The notes: a model not told the origin generated them from the sequence alone. A stretch of 51,470 nucleotides of DNA from Oscillospiraceae bacterium (GCA_045592865.1 JAZNVP010000069.1:1-51470), one strand, 5' to 3'. Counted from the stretch's first letter, positions 20,332 through 28,873 are shown. Numbers and translations are program-made.

Positions 20332-20888
20332 TGGAGATAGTTTTAGCTTCGGCGTCGCCAAGGAGAAAAGAACTCTTAGGACTTATTGCCGATAGGTTTA
20401 CGGTGCGCGTGTCGGACGCAGAGGAAATTTTGCCCGAGGGCATAGATCCCTTTTCGGCGCCCGAATTTTTAGCCGAAATAAAGGCGGCAGCGGTCAGAGA
20501 AAAATGCCCCAATGACCTTGTTATCGGGGCGGACACCGCGGTGTTTTACGGGGAAAGAATGCTCGGAAAACCGAGGGACGAAAAGGAAGCGAGAGAGATG
20601 CTCACGGTCCTTTCGGGAAAGACTCACCGCGTTATAACGGGATGCGCTCTTTTTTATAAGGACAGAAAAATGACCTTTTCGGTTTCCACCGAGGTCGAGT
20701 TTTACCCGCTCAGCGAAGAGGATATAGAGTGGTATATCGCCACGAATGAATGGGCTGACAAAGCAGGAGCGTATGGGATCCAGGGCAAAGGCTCGGCCCT
20801 TGTTAAAGGTATAAACGGCGACTATTTCTCGGTCGTGGGACTCCCCGTCGCAGAGCTTAAAAGAAAAATAGAAGAGATAATAGGGTAG
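20331..20888 (+). CDS. maf: Maf-family nucleoside triphosphate pyrophosphatase
   Basis: VLASASPRRKELL, IGADT and KAGAYGIQG motifs. TGATG overlap with the recombinase gene. Confidence 0.9.
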   Translation: MEIVLASASPRRKELLGLIADRFTVRVSDAEEILPEGIDPFSAPEFLAEIKAAAVREKCPNDLVIGADTAVFYGERMLGKPRDEKEAREMLTVLSGKTHRVITGCALFYKDRKMTFSVSTEVEFYPLSEEDIEWYIATNEWADKAGAYGIQGKGSALVKGINGDYFSVVGLPVAELKRKIEEIIG

Positions 20889-20997
20889 AGAAGGATTTAG
20901 TATAAAGAAATCGAGGGCTTAACAAAATATTTTATGAGCTTGTATCTTGGCAAAACGCTCACGACTTCGGTTGGATAAGTAGTAGAAGGAACAACAG

Positions 20998-21070
20998 GTG
21001 TTGGTGCAATAGAAATAATCTCGTAACACAGGGCAAGAAACACAGGGGACGGTTCTCTGTGTTGAGCAAA
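20998..21070 (+). repeat. 73-nt repeat copy A, a duplicate of the 3' end and downstream flank of the lipoprotein gene
   Basis: 69 of 73 positions are identical to 21768-21840. Includes ..GAIEIIS-stop followed by AACACAGGG..AACACAGGGG..CTCTGTGTT. Confidence 0.9.
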
Positions 21071-21086
21071 CGCATAATATCCATCT

Positions 21087-21129
21087 AACCCAACCCTGCA
21101 CGGAATATCCGTGCAGGGTTGGGTTTTTG
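21087..21129 (+). terminator. Strong intrinsic terminator
   Basis: 17-bp stem AACCCAACCCTGCACGG-AATAT-CCGTGCAGGGTTGGGTT followed by TTTT. Confidence 0.85.
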
Positions 21130-21193
21130 TCTCGAAAGTTGCAAAAACGGAACCGAGCATATAGATAGTTTTGTGTTGGATAGGATAGTTTAG

Positions 21194-21355
21194 TCCTTAT
21201 ATAGGGTGGTTAAGTTTTCGCAACTTTTCTCTTTGCCGAGTGCTAAGGACGACGTTATCGGTATACTTGACAATTCGAGCGATTTATTGGTATCATATAC
21301 CTATACGGCGTATGGTGTTTATTGGGATAAATATGCAATAGATGCGGTTATATAA
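21194..21355 (+). pseudogene. Fragment resembling the last YD repeat of an RHS repeat-associated core (toxin gene remnant)
   Basis: 53 open codons with no start codon or RBS: ..LPSAKDDVIGILDNSSDLLVSYTYTAYGVYWDKYAIDAVI-stop. This resembles the D.lGSv..l.D.sG.vv..Y.YdayG consensus. Confidence 0.35.
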
Positions 21356-21445
21356 GATAACGGGTAAGATTGTTATAACAGGAAGTCCGAAAATTTTTAT
21401 AACAGTGACATACGATATTTTGCGATAACTAAATAGGAGGAAAAA

Positions 21446-21796
21446 ATGAAACCAGGTATCGTCGTTTCATTATTATCTATAATGATTTTTATTACATCCG
21501 CCTGTGAACCTGTGAAAACCACTGAGGGTAATAATAGCAGGAATGAAGGTTTAGTATCGGGATATTCTTTTGAAGAACAAGAATATTCGGGCCCATATTT
21601 CACAATGGAGAATTTTGAATCTTTAATTGTAGGGGAATCAACATTTAACGATGTGTTAGATATTGCTTGTCCTTACAAAACATTTCTTTCGGCATATGGG
21701 TTTGATTGTGTATATCCTATGGCTGACGGTAAATGGATACTTGTTAGAATTAATGGAGATATTCATTGTGTTGGGGCAATAGAAATAATCTCGTAA
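21446..21796 (+). CDS. Small lipoprotein (candidate immunity protein)
   Basis: Strong RBS TAGGAGG. Signal peptide with lipobox ITSAC. 116 aa, in the AT-rich islet. Confidence 0.65.
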   Translation: MKPGIVVSLLSIMIFITSACEPVKTTEGNNSRNEGLVSGYSFEEQEYSGPYFTMENFESLIVGESTFNDVLDIACPYKTFLSAYGFDCVYPMADGKWILVRINGDIHCVGAIEIIS

Positions 21797-21840
21797 CACA
21801 GGGTAAGAAACATAGAGGACGGTTCTCTGTGTTGAGCAAA
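21768..21840 (+). repeat. 73-nt repeat copy B
   Basis: See copy A at 20998-21070. Spans the last 8 codons, the stop and 44 nt of flank. Confidence 0.9.
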
Positions 21841-21925
21841 ACAATATATTCTGTAAGCTAGCTTGAAGATTTAGCTTGTTTGGGTAATAATAAATTTTTA
21901 TCCCGGTATACAAATAAAATTATAG

Positions 21926-22444
21926 ATGGATATAGTGAGTATGAGGAAAAGAAAACATATTAGACGCATAGTTATAATTGTGCTGATTCAAGTTTTGATT
22001 GTTTATAATTTTTTGCTAACAATACACCAAAGAAGACAAGCAACTGTCGAGAATACAAATACAACTACATTTATAGTTGAACAAGTAGAGTATATTCGTG
22101 TTCTTAAAGGGGGTAGAAAAGCAAGCATTTGTTCTGAATCTGAAAAATATCAAATAGTGCCAAGATTAATGAGTTTTCCTGATAATTTTGTGTTTGATGA
22201 TTTTAAAGACAAGAAAATAACAATTAGATATCAGGAAAAATTTGTAGGATTTGGTGTAGCAAAATACGCTGTAGAAATTTTCGACGAAGAACATATATAC
22301 TGTTCGATGCAGAACTATAACAAAGAACAGTCAACACAATTAACCTGGGGAATCATCGCATTGTCAATTATAGAGCTGATATGGTCTTTGTTAGTATTTT
22401 TTTATTATTTAGTTTTCATAAGGAACAATAGAGCAAAAAGGTAA
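21926..22444 (+). CDS. Hypothetical two-TM membrane protein
   Basis: 172-aa ORF with N-terminal and C-terminal hydrophobic helices. The RBS is weak and the region is AT-rich. Confidence 0.5.
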   Translation: MDIVSMRKRKHIRRIVIIVLIQVLIVYNFLLTIHQRRQATVENTNTTTFIVEQVEYIRVLKGGRKASICSESEKYQIVPRLMSFPDNFVFDDFKDKKITIRYQEKFVGFGVAKYAVEIFDEEHIYCSMQNYNKEQSTQLTWGIIALSIIELIWSLLVFFYYLVFIRNNRAKR

Positions 22445-22450
22445 AACACA

Positions 22451-22482
22451 AAAACTGCGTTCGGTAACGAACGCAGTTTTTT
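22451..22482. terminator. Bidirectional intrinsic terminator
   Basis: AAAACTGCGTTCG-GTAA-CGAACGCAGTTTT. Confidence 0.85.
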
Positions 22483-22483
22483 A

Positions 22484-23320
22484 TTATTTCTCGTATTCTG
22501 CGATGAGGGCGAGTTGCTGTTCGGAGGACATTTCCTTGATTGCGATAAGGTTCATTTCGTCTGCGTCCTCTTTAACAACGTAGTAAGCAAATTTATCGGG
22601 TTTTGCCGAGACAAGACGGTCATCTCCCCAGTTGGGGCTTGGCGGCAGGTAGCCGACCGTCAGGGTTATGGTGTCTCCCGATTTGCTTATATCGTGAACG
22701 ATGGGGGTATAAATATTATATCCTGTTGAAACGGGAAGGTGGTAGGTATCGGTGTCCTCAATATAACTCGTTATATTGGTAACGTCGCCGACCGACTGGT
22801 GAACAAGTTCTACGCCTTTACCGAATATCTTGGTTGCGGCAACCTCAACGTCACTTGCGGGGATCGCAACGTTTCCAACGTCGTCGATATAATAATAATC
22901 GGTTCCGTTGTTATAAACGAGATACCAGATAGACGACTGGATAAGGAAGGACTGACCCGCTTTTGCCGAACTCTCGAAATAAACGGGGTCGAGCATAACT
23001 ATGGGGGTCAGAAACTCCTCATATCTGTTTTTTCTGGAGTTTTCGTTTATTATATTACCAACGAGACGGACAAGCCCCGTTCCCGTTGAGATAATTCCAA
23101 TGATCGCAAACACGATAAATGCGCCACCGAGAAGGGCGGTGAGGCGTCTGCCGAGGGGCTTTTTATCCTTCGGTTTCTTTTCTTTTTTGGGCGCCTTGGA
23201 AGCCTTTTTCTCCGATTCGACCCTCAAATAGTCTTCACTGTCTGCCTTGACTATTCGGGTGCCTGTTCTGCGCTTTCTCTGTTCTGCGCCATCGGGGCTT
23301 CTTTTTTTTATCTGGAACAT
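22484..23320 (-). CDS. Hypothetical single-pass membrane protein with a Lys-rich cytoplasmic tail
   Basis: 278-aa ORF. Basic N-terminus KKASKAPKKEKKPKDKKP, one TM, then an extracytoplasmic domain of about 190 aa. No family was recognised. Confidence 0.6.
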   Translation of the reverse strand: MFQIKKRSPDGAEQRKRRTGTRIVKADSEDYLRVESEKKASKAPKKEKKPKDKKPLGRRLTALLGGAFIVFAIIGIISTGTGLVRLVGNIINENSRKNRYEEFLTPIVMLDPVYFESSAKAGQSFLIQSSIWYLVYNNGTDYYYIDDVGNVAIPASDVEVAATKIFGKGVELVHQSVGDVTNITSYIEDTDTYHLPVSTGYNIYTPIVHDISKSGDTITLTVGYLPPSPNWGDDRLVSAKPDKFAYYVVKEDADEMNLIAIKEMSSEQQLALIAEYEK

Positions 23321-23394
23321 TTCTTTGCTCCTTTCATTTTACTGTATTAACACTATTGTAACCTAAAACCGAAACTTTTTCAATAGTTTTTGTT

Positions 23395-23727
23395 TCAGAT
23401 AAGCTTTGACAACACTTCGGCAATTAAAACGCCGAGGGAGCTCATCAGCGCCACCGTTACAAGACTCTGCTTAAAGAGCGACAAAACGACCGCCACCACA
23501 AAGCCGACTGCGGCGGTGAAGACAGATCCCGTTGCATAGAAAACGCCGGGAATGGTCATAACGGTCAAAACAGAATAGGGAACGTAATACAGAAAAGATA
23601 TAATAAAGCGGTTCTTTATCTTTTTCTTAACGAGCACCAAGGGGATCATTCTGACAAGGTAGGTGACCCCTGCCATAACTAAAAGATAAAGAAGAAATTT
23701 CATACTCGGCATACTACTCACCCTCAC
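23395..23727 (-). CDS. azlD: Branched-chain amino acid transport protein AzlD
   Basis: 110-aa polytopic protein that overlaps the azlC end by 14 nt, the typical azlCD pairing. Confidence 0.8.
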   Translation of the reverse strand: MRVSSMPSMKFLLYLLVMAGVTYLVRMIPLVLVKKKIKNRFIISFLYYVPYSVLTVMTIPGVFYATGSVFTAAVGFVVAVVLSLFKQSLVTVALMSSLGVLIAEVLSKLI

Positions 23728-24463
23728 TTTCTACGGGGGCAATAACAGCCATCAATGCACTCGCGAGAACTGCGCAGATTATTACCACGAAGCCGCTTGG
23801 AACACTGTTAAAAAGGGGGAGGAATCTGAACATACAACTGAGAACGATGCTTATCACGACTACCGCCGCGACCGCGCGGTTTTCCTTTAAAACGGGGGTT
23901 ACGATGGCGATAAACATTCCGTAGATAGCAACGCCAAGAGAGGTTATGATGATTTCGGGCAATATAAACCCTGCGGCTGCTCCCAAGAGGGTGCCGCTCG
24001 CCCAGCCGACGTAGGGCGTAAGGATAAGGCCAAACATATATTTTTTCCCCACCGACTCTTTGTTAGAGGTGGCAACGGCGAAGATCTCATCGGTATTTCC
24101 GAAGCTAATCAGAAAACGGTCGAGCATTTTAACGCTGCTGCCGAGCTTCTGAGAAAGCGAGACCGACATCAGAGAATAGCGGGAGTTGATAACGAGTTGG
24201 CTTATCATAAGTTCAATAAAACTGCCACCGCCGCAGATTATGGGAACTGCGGCGAGTTGCCCTGCGCTAGTCAGGTTAGTCATTGATATTAAAACGGCTT
24301 CTATAACCGAAAGACCGTTCCCGACGGCGAAAATTCCGAACGCGAACGACACCGAAAGATAGCCGATGCAGATAGGAAGCCCGTCGATTATTCCTTTTTT
24401 AAAACTGTTTTGCTCTTTCACTTTTGATCCCTCTTTTTTTGTTACCAACCTATTATACTGCAT
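23714..24463 (-). CDS. azlC: Branched-chain amino acid transporter AzlC
   Basis: FKKGIIDGLPICIGYLSVSFAFGI and NLTSAGQLAAV blocks. Confidence 0.85.
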   Translation of the reverse strand: MQYNRLVTKKEGSKVKEQNSFKKGIIDGLPICIGYLSVSFAFGIFAVGNGLSVIEAVLISMTNLTSAGQLAAVPIICGGGSFIELMISQLVINSRYSLMSVSLSQKLGSSVKMLDRFLISFGNTDEIFAVATSNKESVGKKYMFGLILTPYVGWASGTLLGAAAGFILPEIIITSLGVAIYGMFIAIVTPVLKENRAVAAVVVISIVLSCMFRFLPLFNSVPSGFVVIICAVLASALMAVIAPVESEGE

Positions 24464-24495
24464 TTTCAGATTTTTTCAATAGCACAACTTAAATA

Positions 24496-24524
24496 TCGAC
24501 AAAAGAATTAAACTGTGTTATAAT
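24496..24524 (+). promoter_or_regulatory. Sigma-A promoter with extended -10, upstream of the rsmG leader
   Basis: TCGACA, 17 nt, then TGT-TATAAT (24516-24524). Confidence 0.6.
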
Positions 24525-24651
24525 AACATTATCCGGCGGCGGTGGAACGCCGCTACGGTGACGAACGGCACCCGAAGGCCATCGCACACAAAAGCTCTCG
24601 CTTTTGGTTTTGTGTTATACTCTGGACACAGAAAAACTAAGGAGTTTAAAA

Positions 24652-25356
24652 ATGATAGATAAGCAGAGATTAAATAAAAAGGCGGCAGAGTTCGGGATAG
24701 AACTTTCTGAAGAAAAGCTTGAGAGGTTTTCTGTTTATGCCGAATTTTTAAAGGAATATAACGAAAAGGTAAATCTCACCGCTATAGTTGAGGACGGAGA
24801 GATAGAAACGAAGCATTTTCTCGATTCTCTGCTTCTTTCTCTTTGCGTGGACAAAAACGTAAAAATAGCCGACGTTGGTTCGGGCGCGGGTTTCCCCGGT
24901 GTTCCGTTCGCGATACTAAACGACGGTGCTTTTCTTACCGCCATTGAGCCCAACGGCAAAAGGGTGGAGTTTCTAAAACAGCTTTCCGAAAAGACCGCAA
25001 CAAATTTTGAAGCGGTTCATATAAGGGCCGAAGAGGCTTCAAGACGGGAAGAATACCGCGAAGGCTTCGACGTTGTAACGGCCCGTGCCGTTAAGGAGAT
25101 GCGAGAACTTTGCGAACTTTGTCTGCCGCTCGTCAGGGTCGGCGGTGTTTTTGCCGCGCTTAAGGGCCCCGATATTACCGAGGAAATAAAGGGCGCGGGT
25201 AAGGCAATTTCGGTTTTAGGCGGCAAACTTTCAGAAATAAGGGAGTTCACACTTCCCGACGGTTCAAAAAGAAATATAGTTTTAATTAAAAAGATTTCGC
25301 AGGTTTCAACAAAATATCCGAGGATTTATTCAAAAATCAAGAAGAATCCGTTGTGA
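24652..25356 (+). CDS. rsmG: 16S rRNA (guanine527-N7)-methyltransferase RsmG
   Basis: ATG at 24652 after AAGGAG. Has NLTAI....KHFLDSL and DVGSGAGFPGVPFAI motifs. Confidence 0.9.
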   Translation: MIDKQRLNKKAAEFGIELSEEKLERFSVYAEFLKEYNEKVNLTAIVEDGEIETKHFLDSLLLSLCVDKNVKIADVGSGAGFPGVPFAILNDGAFLTAIEPNGKRVEFLKQLSEKTATNFEAVHIRAEEASRREEYREGFDVVTARAVKEMRELCELCLPLVRVGGVFAALKGPDITEEIKGAGKAISVLGGKLSEIREFTLPDGSKRNIVLIKKISQVSTKYPRIYSKIKKNPL

Positions 25357-25485
25357 TGCGTCGCAAAAAGAGGGAAAAGGTGAAAATCTGAGGAAATGTT
25401 ATGCTTTTCAAATGGTAAAATATGTGATAATATACAGATAAAGGAAGCGGCAGGGTAACGAGGGGACAGGTCGGAGAGATGAAAA

Positions 25486-26289
25486 ATGAAAAGAAATTCC
25501 CCCGTTGTATCAAAGGTATACTTACTGCCGATTTCGGAGATAGTTCCGAACAAGAGCCAACCGAGGCGGCATTTTGATCCTAATGAACTTGAAGAATTGT
25601 CTCAGAGCATTAAGGAAAACGGGCTGATTCAGCCCATAACGGTAAAGCGTCTTCTCGGCGGATATGAACTGATATCGGGTGAGCGCAGACTGAGGGCTTC
25701 GGCGATGGCGGGGCTTGTTAAGATCCCTGCGATAGTTGTTTCGGCAACCGAGGAAGAGTCGGCTTTATTTGCCCTTATTGAAAATCTTCAGCGATCGGAC
25801 CTTAACCCGTTTGAGACCGCCGCCGCAATTAAGGCGCTTATAACCGAATGGGGCGTTACCCAAGAGGAAGCGGCGAAAAAACTTTCAATGTCGCAACCGG
25901 CACTTGCCAATAAAATAAGGCTTCTCAATTTAACGCCGTTCGAGCAGGAACTGATAATCGACTCGGGCCTTACCGAACGACACGCGAGAGCGCTTATAAG
26001 GCTTAACAGCTCGACGGACAGGCTTTGCGCAATCGAAGAGATAAGAAAGAGAAAGCTCAACGTTTCGCAGACCGAGAGAATGATAAACGAATTTTTAAGC
26101 CACAAGAAAAGAAAGAAACCTATTATATACGTAAAAGACGTCAGGCTTTTTGTTAACACGATACATAAAGCGGTTGACGTTATGCACACCGCAGGAATAG
26201 ATGCAGATTTTAAAAAGATCGAACACAAAGATACCATCGAGTTTTCAATAACGGTGCCCTATGAGGCGGCGACCAATTCTGCGGTTTAA
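25486..26289 (+). CDS. ParB/Noc-family DNA-binding protein
   Basis: ISEIVPNKSQPRRHFD, GLIQPITV and the ParB-box ISGERRLRAS, followed by an HTH region LSMSQPALANKIRLL. Confidence 0.85.
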   Translation: MKRNSPVVSKVYLLPISEIVPNKSQPRRHFDPNELEELSQSIKENGLIQPITVKRLLGGYELISGERRLRASAMAGLVKIPAIVVSATEEESALFALIENLQRSDLNPFETAAAIKALITEWGVTQEEAAKKLSMSQPALANKIRLLNLTPFEQELIIDSGLTERHARALIRLNSSTDRLCAIEEIRKRKLNVSQTERMINEFLSHKKRKKPIIYVKDVRLFVNTIHKAVDVMHTAGIDADFKKIEHKDTIEFSITVPYEAATNSAV

Positions 26290-26351
26290 GCTTGGTTTTA
26301 GCGGAGAAAAACTCTGTTAAAATAAATAACCCCTTACCCCCCTTTTTAACA

Positions 26352-26394
26352 AAGAAGAACGACTCGCTCCCCCGGCGAGTCGTTCTTCTTTTAT
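26352..26394. terminator. Bidirectional intrinsic terminator
   Basis: 16-bp stem AAGAAGAACGACTCGC / GCGAGTCGTTCTTCTT. Confidence 0.85.
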
Positions 26395-26915
26395 TTTATT
26401 CCGAAGGTGTTAGTGGTGGGGTCGAGAAAGGCTTCGGTGTGGGGCGGGTTAACGGTGAAATAAATCAGAGAAAATATGATAAGAGCAAAAATGGAAAATC
26501 CCAAGAAGGCACCGATATTTCCGCCGCCGACTCCGTTTTTATAGAGGATATAGAAGAGAAGGTAGGACAGTATAACGGCGAGGTAGAAAAGGGGGATATC
26601 TATAAAGGGGAAACTTTTTCCTAAGAATGCTTTATAGGTGAAATGGACGGCAGGGATAAAAAACATTCCTAAAAAGACCGACAGGGCGGCGGGGAGAAGA
26701 ATGCGTTTTTTATGCTCCAAGACGAAAAAGCCGATAATAACGGTTATGAAAAAGGGCCAGAAAAGAAGTTTTAAATGCTCGAAAACGCTTTCGTTAACAG
26801 AGGAAAAAAGTGCAAATATACGCGCTTTACCGCTAAGCTCAAAGAGAAAGTGCAGAAAGGTGCCCAGCGCGGCGGTGAAAACTGCGCTAAGGAAAAAATA
26901 TTTTTTATTCTTCAT
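26391..26915 (-). CDS. Polytopic membrane protein (DUF6512-like)
   Basis: 174 aa with about 5 TMs. HFLFELSG...VNESVFEHLKLLFWPF resembles that family. The assignment is from memory only. Confidence 0.55.
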   Translation of the reverse strand: MKNKKYFFLSAVFTAALGTFLHFLFELSGKARIFALFSSVNESVFEHLKLLFWPFFITVIIGFFVLEHKKRILLPAALSVFLGMFFIPAVHFTYKAFLGKSFPFIDIPLFYLAVILSYLLFYILYKNGVGGGNIGAFLGFSIFALIIFSLIYFTVNPPHTEAFLDPTTNTFGIK

Positions 26916-27029
26916 AACAAACGCTCCTTATTACCGCAGTTTTTGGCGGCGGTGTTTTTATATAGTATATTATCTTCAAAAAAATTTATACTTTTTTGTT
27001 TTCGGTCAAAAATATAATTGGTGATCAAA

Positions 27030-28616
27030 ATGAAGAAAAGAATAGTTGCACTTTTTACGGTTCAGGTGATTTTGCTATCGGGGCTATATTTTCGCGTGGC
27101 AAACCTTTCGGGCAGTGAAAATCTGATAGACGCGGTCGAGGGACAGATGACCTACACCTTGACGGCTTACAAAATGAGGGCGAATATTTACGACCGAAAC
27201 TTTAAAAAGCTTGTTAACACCGAAGAGGTCTATTCGGCGGCGGTGCTACCGGGGGACACCGACGGCGCTTTTTTTGAATATTTCCCTATCGAAAGAGCAT
27301 CCGAACTTTCTGCGCTCGTAGCCTCGGGGAAGCCATTTTTAACAAGTTGCGAAGAGAAGGCTTCTGCGGCTTCGGGCGTTACGGTATTTTCCTATTTTAA
27401 GAGATATCCCGAAGAGATGCTTGCTTCCCATATAATCGGCTATACCAACGACGCCGGTGAAGGAGTAACGGGAATAGAAAAAAGCTATAACGATTATTTA
27501 AAGCAGACGGGAGAGAGGGTGGATATTTCTTATTCGGTGAACGCAAACGGTGTTTTTTTAGAGGGCACCGAACCCGTAACGACGGTTACGGGGGAAAGAG
27601 GCGGCGGGGTGGTTCTGACGCTTGACAGAGATATTCAAAAAATCGCCGAAGAGGCGGGAGCGAAGATGAAAAAGGGTGCGATAGTGATAATGGACCCATA
27701 TAGCGGGGAGTTGTTGGCTTCGGCTTCTTTCCCGAGTCTTGACGTTCATAATCTGTCCGAAGCGGCTTCGTCTCCCGATTCCCCCTTTATAAACCGCGCC
27801 TTCACCTCTTTTAGCATTGGTTCGGTTTTTAAGATAGTTATGTGCGCCGCGGCGATTGAAAACGGGGTTGACGAGAGTTATATATGTGAGGGTAAGGTTT
27901 CGATGGAGGACACGGTTTTCAGGTGCCACAAGCTTTCAGGTCATGGAAAACTCGATATGAAAGGGGCGATGGAAGAGTCCTGCAACCCGTTTTTTATAAA
28001 GCTCGGGGAACGGCTCGGGTTCTCTTCAATAAGAAAAATTGCGGAAAATCTGGGGTTTGGAAAGGCGTATTTAGGCGAAGCGGGATATCTCCCGACCGCC
28101 GAGGACATTAAAAATAACGGTGACCTTGCCAATTTCAGTTTCGGGCAGGGCTCACTTTCGGCAACGCCCGTTCAGATGGCGGCGGTCGTTTCGGCGGTCG
28201 TTAATTCGGGCAACTGTCCCGAGCCGATTTTGGTTAAAGGTTACGCCGACAGTTCGGGCGAAGGGTTTTTAAAGACCTTTGCAGAAGCCGGTTTCACAAG
28301 GGCGTTTTCCGCCACCACCGCCGCCAAGGTAAAGCAGCTTATGATAAGCGCGGTTTTAGAGGGAACGGGGTCACCCGCAAGACCCGACTGTGACGATGCA
28401 GGGGGTAAGACGGGGTCGGCGGAAACGGGGCGCTTTAAAGAAAACGGTGAACAGATAATAAACGCTTGGTTCTGCGGGTTTTATCCTGCTTCGTTTCCGA
28501 AGTATTCCATTGCTATTGTCTGCGAGGACGGTGTTTCGGGGAGCGTTACCTGCGGTCCCGTTTTTAAGGAGATATGCGAAAAAATTGAGGGTTTAGAGTC
28601 TATTGACAAAGAATAA
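27030..28616 (+). CDS. Penicillin-binding protein 2 / transpeptidase (FtsI/SpoVD-like)
   Basis: N-terminal TM and a dimerisation domain. Active-site SIGSVFK, then SCN and KTGSAE motifs. The ORF is open from a GTG at 27018. Confidence 0.9.
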   Translation: MKKRIVALFTVQVILLSGLYFRVANLSGSENLIDAVEGQMTYTLTAYKMRANIYDRNFKKLVNTEEVYSAAVLPGDTDGAFFEYFPIERASELSALVASGKPFLTSCEEKASAASGVTVFSYFKRYPEEMLASHIIGYTNDAGEGVTGIEKSYNDYLKQTGERVDISYSVNANGVFLEGTEPVTTVTGERGGGVVLTLDRDIQKIAEEAGAKMKKGAIVIMDPYSGELLASASFPSLDVHNLSEAASSPDSPFINRAFTSFSIGSVFKIVMCAAAIENGVDESYICEGKVSMEDTVFRCHKLSGHGKLDMKGAMEESCNPFFIKLGERLGFSSIRKIAENLGFGKAYLGEAGYLPTAEDIKNNGDLANFSFGQGSLSATPVQMAAVVSAVVNSGNCPEPILVKGYADSSGEGFLKTFAEAGFTRAFSATTAAKVKQLMISAVLEGTGSPARPDCDDAGGKTGSAETGRFKENGEQIINAWFCGFYPASFPKYSIAIVCEDGVSGSVTCGPVFKEICEKIEGLESIDKE

Positions 28617-28631
28617 TTTTTTGTATATAAT
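28603..28631 (+). promoter_or_regulatory. Promoter of the alaS T-box leader
   Basis: TTGACA (28603-28608), 17 nt, then TATAAT (28626-28631). Confidence 0.65.
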
Positions 28632-28639
28632 TACTCTGT

Positions 28640-28873
28640 AATACCGAAACGGCGTTGAACGGGAATCGGGCAAAAATCAGAGGATGCAGAGAAAAGGTGG
28701 TTGGTGTGAGCCTTATACCGATGGATTTGCCGCGGCTGTCCCGCGAGTCCCTTGCAAAACAAGGCGTGTCCCTCGCGTTAAGGGGGTCAAAGAGGCAGGG
28801 AGTTTTCTCTGCAATTTGGGTGGTACCGCGAAGAAGTCTTCGTCCCATTGGGGCGAGGGCTTATATTTTTTTG
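28640..28873 (+). promoter_or_regulatory. T-box riboswitch leader (tRNA-Ala sensing)
   Basis: AGAGA box near 28689 and a candidate GCC specifier near 28710. The T-box sequence is AATTTGGGTGGTACCGCG (28813-28830). A terminator stem GTCTTCGTCCC/GGGGCGAGGGC with a T7 run follows, directly upstream of alaS. Confidence 0.85.

Noticed and set aside
19330-20335. Near-identical ACTGATG stop/start overlaps at the udg-recombinase and recombinase-maf junctions, and whether the tyrosine recombinase mobilises the downstream AT-rich islet.
   Set aside because: TGATG overlaps are ordinary translational coupling. The recombinase has native composition and is embedded in a housekeeping operon. No flanking direct repeats or att-like sites were found around 20889-22482.
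20897-21913. Minus-strand ORFs of 60-87 aa (20897-21160, 20919-21101, 21397-21603, 21656-21913) in the islet.
   Set aside because: They run across a strong plus-strand terminator, or antisense to the lipoprotein gene. They lack RBSs and are typical chance ORFs in AT-rich DNA.
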